A DNA stretch of 33,624 bases from an uncultured Clostridia bacterium (GTDB lineage: Bacteria > Bacillota > Clostridia > TANB77 > CAG-508): contig CANRML010000002.1 of the NCBI GenBank assembly GCA_947631725.1, positions 1 to 33,624 of the forward strand, read 5' to 3'. Positions 24,887 to 33,624 of the stretch are shown here, piece by piece. The notes beneath the pieces are model-generated. The model was not told the DNA's origin, did no database searches, and worked only from the letters and a program-made list of their open reading frames with translations. Each line of letters opens with the position of its first letter. Positions within the stretch are counted from its first letter, which is position 1. Both the position numbers and the translations under genes were made by a program.

Positions 24887-26984
24887 CTATACTATACAGA
24901 TGTGATATATAAAGTTTGTTAATATACAAATAACTATTCCACAAGCTGTTGGGATTATAAAAGACCATATTGTCCATTTAAGACTTCCTGTTTCTTTTTT
25001 GATTGTTAATAATGTTGTACTACATGGAAAATGTAAAACTGTAAATATCATTACATTTATAGCAGTTATAATTGTCCATCCATTTTGTCTCAAAATTTCT
25101 CCTATTGCAAAAGTATCTTCCATATCTATTAACATATTTGATTTTAAATAGCACATCAAAATTATTGGTAATACAATTTCATTTGCAGGTATTCCTAAAA
25201 CAAAAGCAGTTAAAATATATCCATCTAATCCCATTATTTTGGCAAATGGATCAAAAAAGTTTGCTATTATATTTAATAAAGTTTCACCATTTATTCCAAT
25301 ATTTGCTAATAGCCATATAATCAGTCCCGCAGGTGCTGCTATTTTAATAGCTCTCATCAAGATAAATAATGTTCTATCAAATATTGATCGTACTAAAATC
25401 TTGCCTATCTGTGGTTTTCTATATGGTGGCAATTCTAAAACAAATGACGATGGCATACCTTTCAAAATTGTTTTGGATAATATTTTGGATATAATTAGTG
25501 TTAAGAAAATTCCAATTAATATTATAGTTATAACACTTAGAGTCGCTAAAATAGATGAGCCTCCTCCATATGCTCCTGCTATAAAAATTGTTGCAACAGA
25601 AATTAAAAATGGAAATCTTCCATTACATGGGATAAAGTTATTAGTAAGTATTGCAATAAGTCTTTCTCTAGGAGAATCAATAATCCTACATCCTGTAACT
25701 CCGCAAGCATTACAACCAAATCCCATACACATTGTTATCATTTGTTTACCTGTGCAACAAGCTTTTTTGAAAAATTTATCTGTATTAAATGCAATTCTTG
25801 GTAAATATCCTAAATCTTCTAAAAAAGTAAATAATGGAAAAAATATAGCCATTGGTGGAAGCATAACACTAATTACCCAAGTCAGTGTTTGATATACTCC
25901 AAAAATTAGCATATTAGAAATCCACTCTGGTAATTTTATAAATATTGCTAATTCAATCAATTTATCTTGTATCCATCCAAAAAAAGAAAATAATAAATTA
26001 GACGGATAATTACTTCCTACAATAGTTAGCCAAAAAATCACAGCTAAAAATATTATCATTATAGGTATTCCAAATACTTTTGATGTTAATATTTTATCTA
26101 TCTTTCTATCACGATATGTGTAATTTTCATTTTCAAATATACATACTTTTTTACAAATTTCTTCTGACTTATATAAAATATTACTAACAATCTTATCTTT
26201 GAAATTTTTCTCAGTAATTCCTTGATCTTGTAGTTTTTTCCTTACTTCTTCTACTTTTCTAGTAATTTTAGGGTAATCGATCTGTAATTTCGTATTTTTC
26301 TTTATTGAATTTAAAATTTTGTTTTCTCCATCTATTAATTTAATAGCAACCCATCTTAGAAAATCATTTTTGTAATGCTCTTTACCTTCTAATTTTACTA
26401 CTTCGTCCAAAGCTGTTTTTACATCTTCTATCCCATCTTCAATTATTTTTTCATATATTACTTTATTAGGTTTTGGAGTAATTTCTCCTATACAAACTTT
26501 GTATATAGTTTGTTTTAAATTTTCTAATGTTCTTTTCTTTTTTGCAGTAGTTCCTACTACTGGTATTCCTAAATCTTCTGACAATTTTTTTATATCAATC
26601 TTTATTTTTTTCTTTTTTGCCTCATCTAATAAATTAACACATAAAATTACATTTTCAGTCATTTCCATTATTTGAAATAATAGATTTAAGTTTCTTTCTA
26701 GGCAAGTACTATCAACCACAACAACTGTTGCATCTGGATTTCCAAAACATATATAATCTCTTGCAATTTCTTCTTCTTCAGAATTTGACATTAAAGAATA
26801 TGTACCTGGAATATCTACAAATAAAAAGTCTTTACTATTAATAGTTGCCTTTCCTGTAGCATTTGCAACTGTTTTTCCAGGCCAATTCCCTGTATGTTGA
26901 TGCATACCTGTTAGACTATTAAAAATAGTCGATTTTCCCACATTAGGATTACCGAGCTAATGCAATAGTATAAATCCCATCCAT
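24887..26984 (-). pseudogene. feoB: Ferrous iron transporter FeoB, disrupted by a 1-nt insertion in the G1/P-loop
   Basis: ATG 26982-26984 follows a strong RBS (GAAGGAGG) and reads [11 protein letters not shown] (stop at 26949-26951). Skipping the single C at 26954 gives [39 protein letters not shown], the canonical FeoB N-terminus, continuous with the 684-aa track ORF (24887-26941). That track ORF begins at an internal GTG in the middle of the P-loop. The rest of the protein (G-domain plus about 8 TM helices) is intact. Confidence 0.85.
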
Positions 26985-27037
26985 ATAAACCTCCTTCATA
27001 TGTTATTACATAATATGATAAAAGGTTTTATTTGTGA

Positions 27038-27259
27038 TTATATTTTTATCTCTATCTTTTTAGTATCTTCCTCTCTAATGGCAATAAGTGTTCCTCTAAC
27101 TTCAAAGGCCTTAGGGTCACCTGATGGACTAATCAATACTGGAATTATATTTGTATTTTTTACTAGTCCTAAATCTAATAATCTGCGCTTTATATTTTCT
27201 GAACATCCGATATTTAAAATCTTTCCTTCATTTTCTAATTTTAATTGATTCAACGTCAT
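27038..27259 (-). CDS. feoA: FeoA family ferrous iron transport protein
   Basis: 73 aa with an SH3-like FeoA pattern (RRLLDLGL...G..I......P.GDP..F.VRG..IAIR). It sits immediately upstream of feoB. Confidence 0.88.
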   Translation of the reverse strand: MTLNQLKLENEGKILNIGCSENIKRRLLDLGLVKNTNIIPVLISPSGDPKAFEVRGTLIAIREEDTKKIEIKI

Positions 27260-27339
27260 AAATTGACACTTCCTTTAGTAAGTTCTTCTTAATTATATTA
27301 TATTTCGACATTGAAAAAATCGTGCTTTTAGATTTTTAT

Positions 27340-27381
27340 ATAAAAAAACAAGAAGACAAACTTATTTTAGTTTCTTCTTGC
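27340..27381 (-). terminator. Rho-independent terminator after rplS
   Basis: On the minus strand, CAAGAAGA...TCTTCTTG forms 8 bp, with an additional AAC/GTT after a 1-nt bulge. Seven U follow (plus-strand A run 27342-27348). Confidence 0.8.
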
Positions 27382-27391
27382 TTTATATGTT

Positions 27392-28039
27392 TTATTTTGC
27401 ATCTTCTGCATCTTTTACATCTTCAACTTTTTCTTCTTTAACTGTATCAACAACTTCTTGTTCTACAGGTTTTTCAGTTTCAACTGCTGGAGCTTCCTCT
27501 GGAGCTTCTTCAACTTTTACTTCTTCTGCTTTTGCTTCTGTTTTTGGAGCTTCTTCAGTTTTTGCTTCTTCTACCTTTTGAACTTCTTCAGCAACTGGTG
27601 TTTCTTCTACAACTTCCTCAGTAGTTTTTACTTCTTCTACAACTGGTTCTTCTACTAAGTCCTCTTTAATAACAATTTCTCTATCTTCAATTCTAGCACC
27701 TACTTGTTCTTTTGTCTTAGCAGATTTTCCAAGTCTATCTCTTAAATAGAATAATTTAGCACGTCTTGCTTTTCCTACTCTTACTAATTCTACTTTTTCT
27801 ACTAATGGTGAGTGAACTAAGAAAGTTTTTTCAACACCTACACCATAAGAATTCTTTCTTACAGTAAATGTTTGATTTATTCCTCCACCTTGTACTTTAA
27901 TAATTATTCCTTCAAATACTTGGATTCTTTCTTTGTTTCCTTCTTTAATTCTAGCATGTACTTTTACAGTATTACCTACTTTTAATTCAGGAATTTTATT
28001 CTTAAGTTGTTCATGTTCAATTGATTTAATAATATCCAT
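27392..28039 (-). CDS. rplS: 50S ribosomal protein L19 with a ~100-aa acidic C-terminal extension
   Basis: Residues 1-115 are canonical L19 ([43 protein letters not shown]...[33 protein letters not shown]). Residues ~116-215 are an E/V/K/A/P-rich low-complexity tail in the same frame. Confidence 0.92.
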   Translation of the reverse strand: MDIIKSIEHEQLKNKIPELKVGNTVKVHARIKEGNKERIQVFEGIIIKVQGGGINQTFTVRKNSYGVGVEKTFLVHSPLVEKVELVRVGKARRAKLFYLRDRLGKSAKTKEQVGARIEDREIVIKEDLVEEPVVEEVKTTEEVVEETPVAEEVQKVEEAKTEEAPKTEAKAEEVKVEEAPEEAPAVETEKPVEQEVVDTVKEEKVEDVKDAEDAK

Positions 28040-28047
28040 TTTAGAAT

Positions 28048-28806
28048 TTACCTCCTTCTTTTATTTTGAGCGGTGCCTTTAGTATTTGGCACTTCATTTT
28101 TTATTTTTTCTAAAATTTCTTTTTCTTGGTTAGATAAATTATAGTTTTCTAATAAATCTGGTCTTTTAATATATGTTGTTTCTAAGGCTTTTTCCTTATG
28201 CCATTTTTCAATGTTTTCATGATGTCCTGATAAAAGAATTTCTGGAACCTTTACATCTTGAAAAACTTCTGGTCTTGTATATTGTGGATATTCAAGTAGT
28301 CCTTCTGAAAAAGATTCTTCTTGAATTGAGTCTTTTGTTATTACTCCTTCCACATAGCGACTTACACTATCTATTAATACCATTGCTGGAAGTTCTCCTC
28401 CTGTTAAAACATAATCTCCTATTGAAATTTCTTCATCAACAATTTTGTCTAATACTCGTTGATCAATTCCTTCATAATGTCCACATAGAAGAATTAAATG
28501 TTTTTCTTTTGATAACTCTTGAACTTTAGCTTGATTTAACAGCTTTCCTTGTGGTGACATATATATAACTTTTGAATCTCTTGTTTTTACAGATTCATAT
28601 GCTCTATATACTACATCAGGCATCATTACCATACCTGCCCCACCACCATATGGAGTATCATCTACTTTTTTATGTTTATTTTCTGAAAAATCTCTGATAT
28701 TTACCATATTTACATTTATCAAATCTTTTTCTTGTGCTTTTCCTAAAATGCTTTGTTTACATACTTCAAACATTTCTGGAAAAAGTGTTAAAACATCAAA
28801 TCGCAT
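28048..28806 (-). CDS. trmD: tRNA (guanine37-N1)-methyltransferase
   Basis: [15 protein letters not shown]-terminus, plus GGGAGMVM and [13 protein letters not shown] motifs. Conserved rimM-trmD-rplS synteny supports the call. Confidence 0.95.
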   Translation of the reverse strand: MRFDVLTLFPEMFEVCKQSILGKAQEKDLINVNMVNIRDFSENKHKKVDDTPYGGGAGMVMMPDVVYRAYESVKTRDSKVIYMSPQGKLLNQAKVQELSKEKHLILLCGHYEGIDQRVLDKIVDEEISIGDYVLTGGELPAMVLIDSVSRYVEGVITKDSIQEESFSEGLLEYPQYTRPEVFQDVKVPEILLSGHHENIEKWHKEKALETTYIKRPDLLENYNLSNQEKEILEKIKNEVPNTKGTAQNKRRR

Positions 28807-28821
28807 TATTTTCTCCTTTTA

Positions 28822-29328
28822 TTATTCCAATCCTGAAATCATATGAACAATAATTTTGTTTTCTTCTAACGAGATTTCTTTTATAACATCTTTAATGGCT
28901 GGTAATAAAATTTGTTTATATTCTTCGGTCTTTATGACATAAATATCATTACTTCCTGTATTGTAAATATCATCTAGAACACCCAAAGTTTTTCCATCAT
29001 CTGTATAAACTTGCATCCCTATTAAATCTGCTATGTAATAGCTATCTTTTTCTAGTTTTGCTGCATCTTTGCGTTCCACTTCTAAAATTCCATTTCTTAA
29101 GCTTTCCGCATCTTCTACTTTGTCTATTCCTTTGAATTTTATCAATACCATATTTTTGTGATATTTAACTTCTTCAATAATATATTGTTTTTTATTTTGT
29201 TTAATTGTAACATATACAGTTTTTAGATTATCAAATCTAGTTATATCATCAGTATATGGAACTACTTTTACAATTCCTTTAATACCAAAATGATTTACTA
29301 TTTGACCAATTTCAAAATATTCTTGCAT
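28822..29328 (-). CDS. rimM: 16S rRNA processing protein RimM
   Basis: 168 aa with the GxIxxxxGIKGxVKV N-terminal pattern and a C-terminal PRC-barrel segment. Synteny places it between the KH protein gene and trmD. Confidence 0.9.
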   Translation of the reverse strand: MQEYFEIGQIVNHFGIKGIVKVVPYTDDITRFDNLKTVYVTIKQNKKQYIIEEVKYHKNMVLIKFKGIDKVEDAESLRNGILEVERKDAAKLEKDSYYIADLIGMQVYTDDGKTLGVLDDIYNTGSNDIYVIKTEEYKQILLPAIKDVIKEISLEENKIIVHMISGLE

Positions 29329-29337
29329 AGATAACTC

Positions 29338-29571
29338 CTAATCTAAGAACTCAATATTTATCCTTTTTTTATCCTTAGCTACTATTGATTTCATTACAGT
29401 TCTTATTGATTTTGCAGTTTTGCCTTGTTTTCCTATAACTCTTCCCATATCTTCAGATGCAACTTTTACTTCATATGTTGTAATATCATTATCACTAGAA
29501 GCTTCATTAATTTCTATTGCATCTTGATTTTCAACTAAATGTTTTATTATAGTTTCTAAGATATCTTTCAT
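29338..29571 (-). CDS. ylqC: KH domain RNA-binding protein (YlqC/UPF0109 family)
   Basis: Contains the GRVIGKQGKTAKSIRT KH motif. I start it at ATG 29569-29571 (RBS GGAGG 9 nt upstream), not at the track's longer start, which overlaps rpsP. Confidence 0.85.
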   Translation of the reverse strand: MKDILETIIKHLVENQDAIEINEASSDNDITTYEVKVASEDMGRVIGKQGKTAKSIRTVMKSIVAKDKKRINIEFLD

Positions 29572-29584
29572 TATCTTATTCCTC

Positions 29585-29818
29585 CTATTTTGCTTTAGCA
29601 ATTAGTGCTTTTACTGTGTCTGTTGGTTTAGCACCATTTTTAATCCATTTTTCTACTTTTTCTTTATCTAGTATAATTGTCTCTGGTTTGCTCATTGGGT
29701 CATATGTTCCTATTTGTTCTACTATTTTACCATCTCTTGGGCTTCTTGAATCTGCTACAACGATATGATAAAAAGGAGCTTTTTTCTTTCCTTCTCTTTG
29801 TAATCTAATTTTTACCAT
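29585..29818 (-). CDS. rpsP: 30S ribosomal protein S16
   Basis: The [31 protein letters not shown] sequence is canonical S16. I start it at ATG 29816-29818 (RBS GGAGGTG). The track start is an upstream GTG inside the RBS. Confidence 0.93.
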   Translation of the reverse strand: MVKIRLQREGKKKAPFYHIVVADSRSPRDGKIVEQIGTYDPMSKPETIILDKEKVEKWIKNGAKPTDTVKALIAKAK

Positions 29819-29831
29819 TATCTTCACCTCC

Positions 29832-31184
29832 TTAAAATTTAAAATTCTTTAAAGTATTTTCATCAATGCCATTAATTAACTTTTTCATCCCACCTTTGTT
29901 ATTTTTTAACTGTTTCATCATTTTTTGTGTTGCTTCAAAAGATTTTATGAATTTATTAACTTCTTGGACAGATGTTCCACTTCCTTTTGCAATTCTTTGT
30001 CTACGACTACCATTTAAAACTCTAATGTTTCTCTTTTCTTGTTTTGTCATAGAGCAAATAATTGCTTCTATCTTTTCAAATTCTTTATCATCTACCTTAA
30101 CATCTTTTAGTTTATTCATGCCAGGTATCATTTTTAATAAAGAAGAAAAAGAACCCATTTTTTTCATTTGCCTTAGTTGTGTTAAATAATCATCTAAGTC
30201 AAACTCATTTTTGCGCATTTGCTTTTCTAATTTTTCAGCCTGTTCTAAGTCAAAACTTTCTTCTGCCTTTTCAATAACAGATAGAATATCTCCCATCCCT
30301 AAAATTCTTCCTGCCATCCTATCTGGATGGAATACTTCCAAATCGCTTAATTTTTCTCCTGTTGCTGCAAATTTAATTGGTCTTCCTGTAATTTTTTTAA
30401 CTGAAAGTGCTGCACCACCACGAGTATCACCATCAAGTTTTGTTAGAATAATTCCATCAATTCCTACTTCCTTATGAAATGTATCTGCTACATTGACAGC
30501 CTCTTGACCTGTCATTGAATCTACTACTAAAAGTATTTCATGTGGCTTAACAGACAATTTCACATTTTTTAATTCTTGCATTAGTTCTTCATCTATTTGC
30601 AAACGTCCTGCTGTATCTAATATGATAACATCATTTAGTTTTGAAATTGCTACATTGATTGCTTGTTTTGCAATATGTACAACATCTTTTGATTGTTCAT
30701 TACTAAATACTGGTATATTAAGTTGATTACCTACAACTTGTAATTGTTTGATAGCTGCTGGTCTATATACATCACATGCAACTAATAATGGCTTTTTACC
30801 TTGTTTTCTAAATAAATTTGCTAATTTTCCTGCTGTTGTTGTTTTACCAGAACCTTGAAGTCCTACTAACATAATAACTGTTGGAGGATTTGGAGTAAAA
30901 TTTACTTTACTTTCTGTTCCACCTAATAGCTCTACAAGTTCGTCTTTTACAATTTTTACTACTTGTTGTCCTGGTGTTAATGATTTAAGTACATCTTGGC
31001 CCAATGCCTTTTCTTGAATTGTATTAATAAATTCTTTTACTATCTTATAGTTAACATCTGCTTCAAGTAAAGCAAGCTTTACTTCTCTCAATATTTCTTT
31101 TAAATCTGCTTCTGTAATTCTTGCTTTTCCACTTAATTTTCTTGTAATTTCTTGTAAACGACTTGATAATCCTTCAAAAGCCAT
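29832..31184 (-). CDS. ffh: Signal recognition particle protein Ffh
   Basis: [12 protein letters not shown]-terminus, GTPase motifs [15 protein letters not shown] and TKLDGD, and a Met-rich M domain. I start it at ATG 31182-31184 (RBS AAAGGAG). Confidence 0.95.
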   Translation of the reverse strand: MAFEGLSSRLQEITRKLSGKARITEADLKEILREVKLALLEADVNYKIVKEFINTIQEKALGQDVLKSLTPGQQVVKIVKDELVELLGGTESKVNFTPNPPTVIMLVGLQGSGKTTTAGKLANLFRKQGKKPLLVACDVYRPAAIKQLQVVGNQLNIPVFSNEQSKDVVHIAKQAINVAISKLNDVIILDTAGRLQIDEELMQELKNVKLSVKPHEILLVVDSMTGQEAVNVADTFHKEVGIDGIILTKLDGDTRGGAALSVKKITGRPIKFAATGEKLSDLEVFHPDRMAGRILGMGDILSVIEKAEESFDLEQAEKLEKQMRKNEFDLDDYLTQLRQMKKMGSFSSLLKMIPGMNKLKDVKVDDKEFEKIEAIICSMTKQEKRNIRVLNGSRRQRIAKGSGTSVQEVNKFIKSFEATQKMMKQLKNNKGGMKKLINGIDENTLKNFKF

Positions 31185-31211
31185 ATTGTTCACTCCTTTT
31201 TAGTATCTATA

Positions 31212-31577
31212 TTAAACTAAATAGCGTAATTCTTTTTTTATGCTTTCTAAGATGTTTGCAATTTTTTCATCTGAATAATCTTTTTGAATTTTTGCAATTT
31301 CTGATAGTACCTTATTTATCTTCTTTTCTTGTTTCAACGTCCTTTTCATAAATGTCAGCTTTTCTTCATATTCGAAAAGTTTTTTCTCTCCTTTCTTTAT
31401 TATATCTCTTACCGCTTGCCTTGTAACATTATTATTTTCTGCAATTTCAGAAAGAGATAAGTCATTATTATAGTAGTCATTTAAAAATTCATATTGTTTT
31501 TTAGTTAATAGAGCTCCATAAAATTCACATAACATACTGATTTTTATTTTATTCTCTAAATCACTTTTTTCTTCCAT
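31212..31577 (-). CDS. ylxM: YlxM/UPF0122 putative helix-turn-helix protein (SRP operon partner)
   Basis: The segment FYGALLTKKQYEFLNDYYNNDLSLSEIAENNNVTRQAVRDIIKKGEKKL is sigma-70 region-4-like. The gene sits immediately upstream of ffh. The start is uncertain: ATG 31575-31577 is preferred over the track's TTG at 31607. Confidence 0.8.
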   Translation of the reverse strand: MEEKSDLENKIKISMLCEFYGALLTKKQYEFLNDYYNNDLSLSEIAENNNVTRQAVRDIIKKGEKKLFEYEEKLTFMKRTLKQEKKINKVLSEIAKIQKDYSDEKIANILESIKKELRYLV

Positions 31578-31626
31578 AATAACTACCTTTCTTTTTTTGT
31601 AATGCAAATATACTTTACACTATTTT

Positions 31627-32100
31627 TTAGCTTTTGTCAAGCCTTTTTTCTAAATTTATCAAAAATTCCTTCATTTCTAACCCAAGTGCATAGCCTGTTA
31701 ATTCTTGATTTTTCCCAACAACACGATGGCAAGGGATAATAATCGGAATTGGGTTATTATGATTTGCCTTTCCGACAGCCCTTGCCGCTTTTGCATTTCC
31801 TATTTTTATTGCTATATCTTTATAGCTTACTAAACTTCCATAAGGTATTTTCTGTAGTTCCTTCCATACTCTTTGCTGAAAATCGGTTCCTTTAGGATTT
31901 AATGGTAAATTAAAAGTTTTTCTTTTTCCTTCTAAATATTCTTCTATTTGACTTTTTGTTTCCTTTAATAATTTAGTATCTTTTAATATTGCAACATTTT
32001 TATATTTGTTCTCTCCTATTTCTAATGCAATTATTTTATTTTCTTCTTCTATTGCTGTAATATTTCCTAAAATCGTATTAAATGTTTTTTGATATAGCAT
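31627..32100 (-). CDS. ogt: Methylated-DNA--protein-cysteine methyltransferase
   Basis: Active-site IPCHRVV (PCHR) motif, upstream YGxxxSYxxIA and NPIPIIIP, in a protein of 157 aa. Confidence 0.9.
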   Translation of the reverse strand: MLYQKTFNTILGNITAIEEENKIIALEIGENKYKNVAILKDTKLLKETKSQIEEYLEGKRKTFNLPLNPKGTDFQQRVWKELQKIPYGSLVSYKDIAIKIGNAKAARAVGKANHNNPIPIIIPCHRVVGKNQELTGYALGLEMKEFLINLEKRLDKS

Positions 32101-32110
32101 AAATTCTCCT

Positions 32111-32854
32111 TTATTTTAGTAATCTTTTTAGCATTTGTTCTCTGCATTTTAATTCAAAAGTATCGTCTAGTACTTCTAATTCAACCTTTTCTCCATATTT
32201 TCTTTCTAAGCAATATTTAATGATATAGTCTGAAACTTCTGGATTTTTAGAAAGCAATGGTCCATGTAAATATGTTGCAATTACATTTCCTATGAAAAAT
32301 CCTTCTTCTGAATTTCCAAAAGAATTTCCATTACCATATAAGACTTTTCCAAAATGTGATAAACTATTAAAAGTTTGTCCTCCATGATTTTCAAATCCTA
32401 TTACTTTTGTTGGTTTGTTATTTTCTAATTCTACTTCTAGCACAATATTTCCAATACATCTTTTTCTTCTATCTAGAATTGCTTCTGTATAATATGGAAA
32501 AATTTCCAATCCAGGAATAATATTTCCTTCTACTCCTTTATAGTATTTTCCAAATAATTGATATGCACCACATATTAATAAGAAAAATACTCCATTTTGA
32601 ATAGCTTGCTTTATATTTTCTTTATATTTTACTAAATCCTCAGCTAAAATACTTTGCTCATTATCAGCGCCACCACCTGCAAAAACAATATCATAACTTG
32701 AAAAGTCAGGTTCTGTATCTCCTATTGAATATTGGTCAATTTTGCAGGTTATATTTCTTTTTTCCATACGGTATTTTAAAACTTGTATATTTCCATAATC
32801 ACCATATAATTCTAGCATATCTGGATATAGATATAAAATTTTAAGTTCCTTCAT
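32111..32854 (-). CDS. gatD: Lipid II isoglutaminyl synthase, glutamine amidotransferase subunit GatD
   Basis: The N-terminus LKILYLYPDMLELYGDYGNIQVLKYRMEKRNI parallels S. aureus GatD ([22 protein letters not shown]). It also has the nucleophile context LLICGAYQLFGKYY, GFENHGG and YLHGPLLSKNPE. Confidence 0.85.
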   Translation of the reverse strand: MKELKILYLYPDMLELYGDYGNIQVLKYRMEKRNITCKIDQYSIGDTEPDFSSYDIVFAGGGADNEQSILAEDLVKYKENIKQAIQNGVFFLLICGAYQLFGKYYKGVEGNIIPGLEIFPYYTEAILDRRKRCIGNIVLEVELENNKPTKVIGFENHGGQTFNSLSHFGKVLYGNGNSFGNSEEGFFIGNVIATYLHGPLLSKNPEVSDYIIKYCLERKYGEKVELEVLDDTFELKCREQMLKRLLK

Positions 32855-33395
32855 TATTTATTTTGTACTCCTTTATTTCACAATTTTTTTGTCCACTAAT
32901 ATCTTTAATCATACCATCTTCTGGCATTTTTTCAAAGTAAAATTGTATTGCTCTAGTAACACCTCCATGGGTTACTAATAATATATTTTTTCCTTTATAT
33001 TTTTCTTTAATTTCATCTAAAAATGAGTGTACTCTTTTGAACAATTCTGGCAGTGTTTCAAGACCTTCAACATATTCAGTTGAATAATAGTTATAAAATT
33101 CAGTATCATGAAATTTTGTTTTACTAGATTTTAATGTTAATTTTCCTACTTCTCTTTCTAAAATTCTATCATCATAAATTATAGGTACTTTATTTACATT
33201 TATAAGCTCTGCTGTATGTTTTGTTCTTTTTAATGGTGAACAAATAATTAAATCTAGCTTTAACTTTTCTACTTCTTTACTTGCTTCTTTTGCTTGTGCT
33301 ATTCCTATTTCATTTATATCTTCATCATATCTTCCATTATATATATGCTCTACATTGCAATTGGTAAGTCCGTGTCTAATTACATATAAATTCAA
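32841..33395 (-). CDS. Histidine phosphatase family protein (phosphoglycerate mutase / CobC-like)
   Basis: RHG motif in the first 10 aa (MNLYVIRHGLTNCN), plus SPLKRTKHTAE and LLVTHGGVTRA. TTG start with RBS GGAGGGG. The 3' end overlaps gatD by 14 nt. Confidence 0.82.
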   Translation of the reverse strand: MNLYVIRHGLTNCNVEHIYNGRYDEDINEIGIAQAKEASKEVEKLKLDLIICSPLKRTKHTAELINVNKVPIIYDDRILEREVGKLTLKSSKTKFHDTEFYNYYSTEYVEGLETLPELFKRVHSFLDEIKEKYKGKNILLVTHGGVTRAIQFYFEKMPEDGMIKDISGQKNCEIKEYKINNEGT

Positions 33396-33396
33396 A

Positions 33397-33624
33397 TTAA
33401 CCCCTCCATCTAAAAATTGCTTGTCTTATTGGTTGTAATGATGTGTAATTTGCTATTACATATTTTTTTGTGTTTGTTTTGTATAATTCTTCAACTGCTT
33501 TGTCCAAATTTTCACAAGGTATAATTTTTTCATAATCAAAGCCTGACGTTTTTATTCTTATTGCAATATCATATGGCCTTTTTCCAGCTGTAATTATTCT
33601 TGTTACACCATTTTCCTCTAATCC
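33397..33624 (-). CDS. murT: Lipid II isoglutaminyl synthase subunit MurT, C-terminal 75 aa (5' end outside the window)
   Basis: Absent from the ORF track because it is edge-truncated. My own translation reads GLEENGVTRIITAGKRPYDIAIRIKTSGFDYEKIIPCENLDKAVEELYKTNTKKYVIANYTSLQPIRQAIFRWRG*. This matches the MurT C-terminal (DUF1727) pattern G.R..D.A.R.K..G.......l..A......lyil.tYTa....r. It shares a strand and neighbourhood with gatD. Confidence 0.7.
   Translation of the reverse strand, partial: GLEENGVTRIITAGKRPYDIAIRIKTSGFDYEKIIPCENLDKAVEELYKTNTKKYVIANYTSLQPIRQAIFRWRG

Noticed and set aside
26949-26957. Programmed +1 ribosomal frameshift in feoB (a rare CGG codon followed by UAA, superficially like the prfB site).
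   Set aside because: There is no slippery P-site codon: GCU cannot re-pair in the +1 frame as CUC. There is also no suitably spaced internal SD. Recent inactivation or an assembly indel is more parsimonious. I kept it as a note in the feoB finding.
27260-27340. Fur box upstream of feoA.
   Set aside because: The region is AT-rich, but I could not find a convincing match to the 19-bp GATAATGATAATCATTATC-type palindrome. A proper PWM scan would be needed.
27378-27658. Two plus-strand ORFs (S/T/F-rich, 66-67 aa) opposite the rplS tail.
   Set aside because: They are mirror images of the repetitive GAA/GTT-rich coding sequence of the L19 acidic tail. This is low complexity in every frame and is not evidence of separate genes.
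1239-31351. All plus-strand track ORFs other than 20123-22564 (for example 8282-8659, 15345-15701, 17432-17782, 18044-18430, 25239-25892, 28173-28529, 29866-30189).
   Set aside because: Each lies entirely antisense within a well-supported minus-strand gene. They have no RBS and a hydrophobic or low-complexity composition (F/L/I/S-rich) typical of shadow frames in AT-rich DNA, and they show no recognisable motifs.

Overview
This is an AT-rich (visibly about 70% A+T) chromosomal segment that looks like a low-GC Bacillota/Clostridia genome. All recognisable genes except one lie on the minus strand.

Gene order, reading the minus strand from high to low coordinates:
- murT (3' end), a histidine phosphatase, then gatD, followed by ogt.
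- The conserved ylxM-ffh-rpsP-KH-rimM-trmD-rplS block. L19 carries a roughly 100-aa acidic tail.
- feoA-feoB, where feoB has a 1-nt insertion inside its P-loop.
- A decayed IS200/IS605-family element: a 23-codon tnpA remnant, an intact TnpB, and a GC-rich structured omega-RNA region.
- An RNHCP zinc-ribbon gene, convergent with the only plus-strand gene (U32 family).
- A secreted GH73-SH3b-dockerin wall hydrolase plus a cadherin-like surface protein.
- A CapD-type sugar dehydratase.
- A self-contained sortase cassette whose substrate ends in APYTGS rather than LPxTG.
- A ywqCDEF-like tyrosine-kinase operon: modulator, BY-kinase with a long extension, PHP phosphatase, UDP-GlcA epimerase and Ugd.
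- A four-gene phosphorelay: Hpt, REC-HD-GYP, hybrid kinase and an orphan solute-binding protein.
- An orphan 575-aa protein and the 5' part of a DUF1016/YhcG nuclease gene.

I saw no rRNA, tRNA or CRISPR array.

The best leads for something new are the sortase cassette, the binding-protein-coupled HD-GYP phosphorelay beside the sugar-nucleotide and Tyr-kinase genes, the stranded TnpB/omega-RNA element with its downstream untranslated transcript, and the orphan 575-aa protein. All functional calls come from motif recognition by eye. No database search was run.
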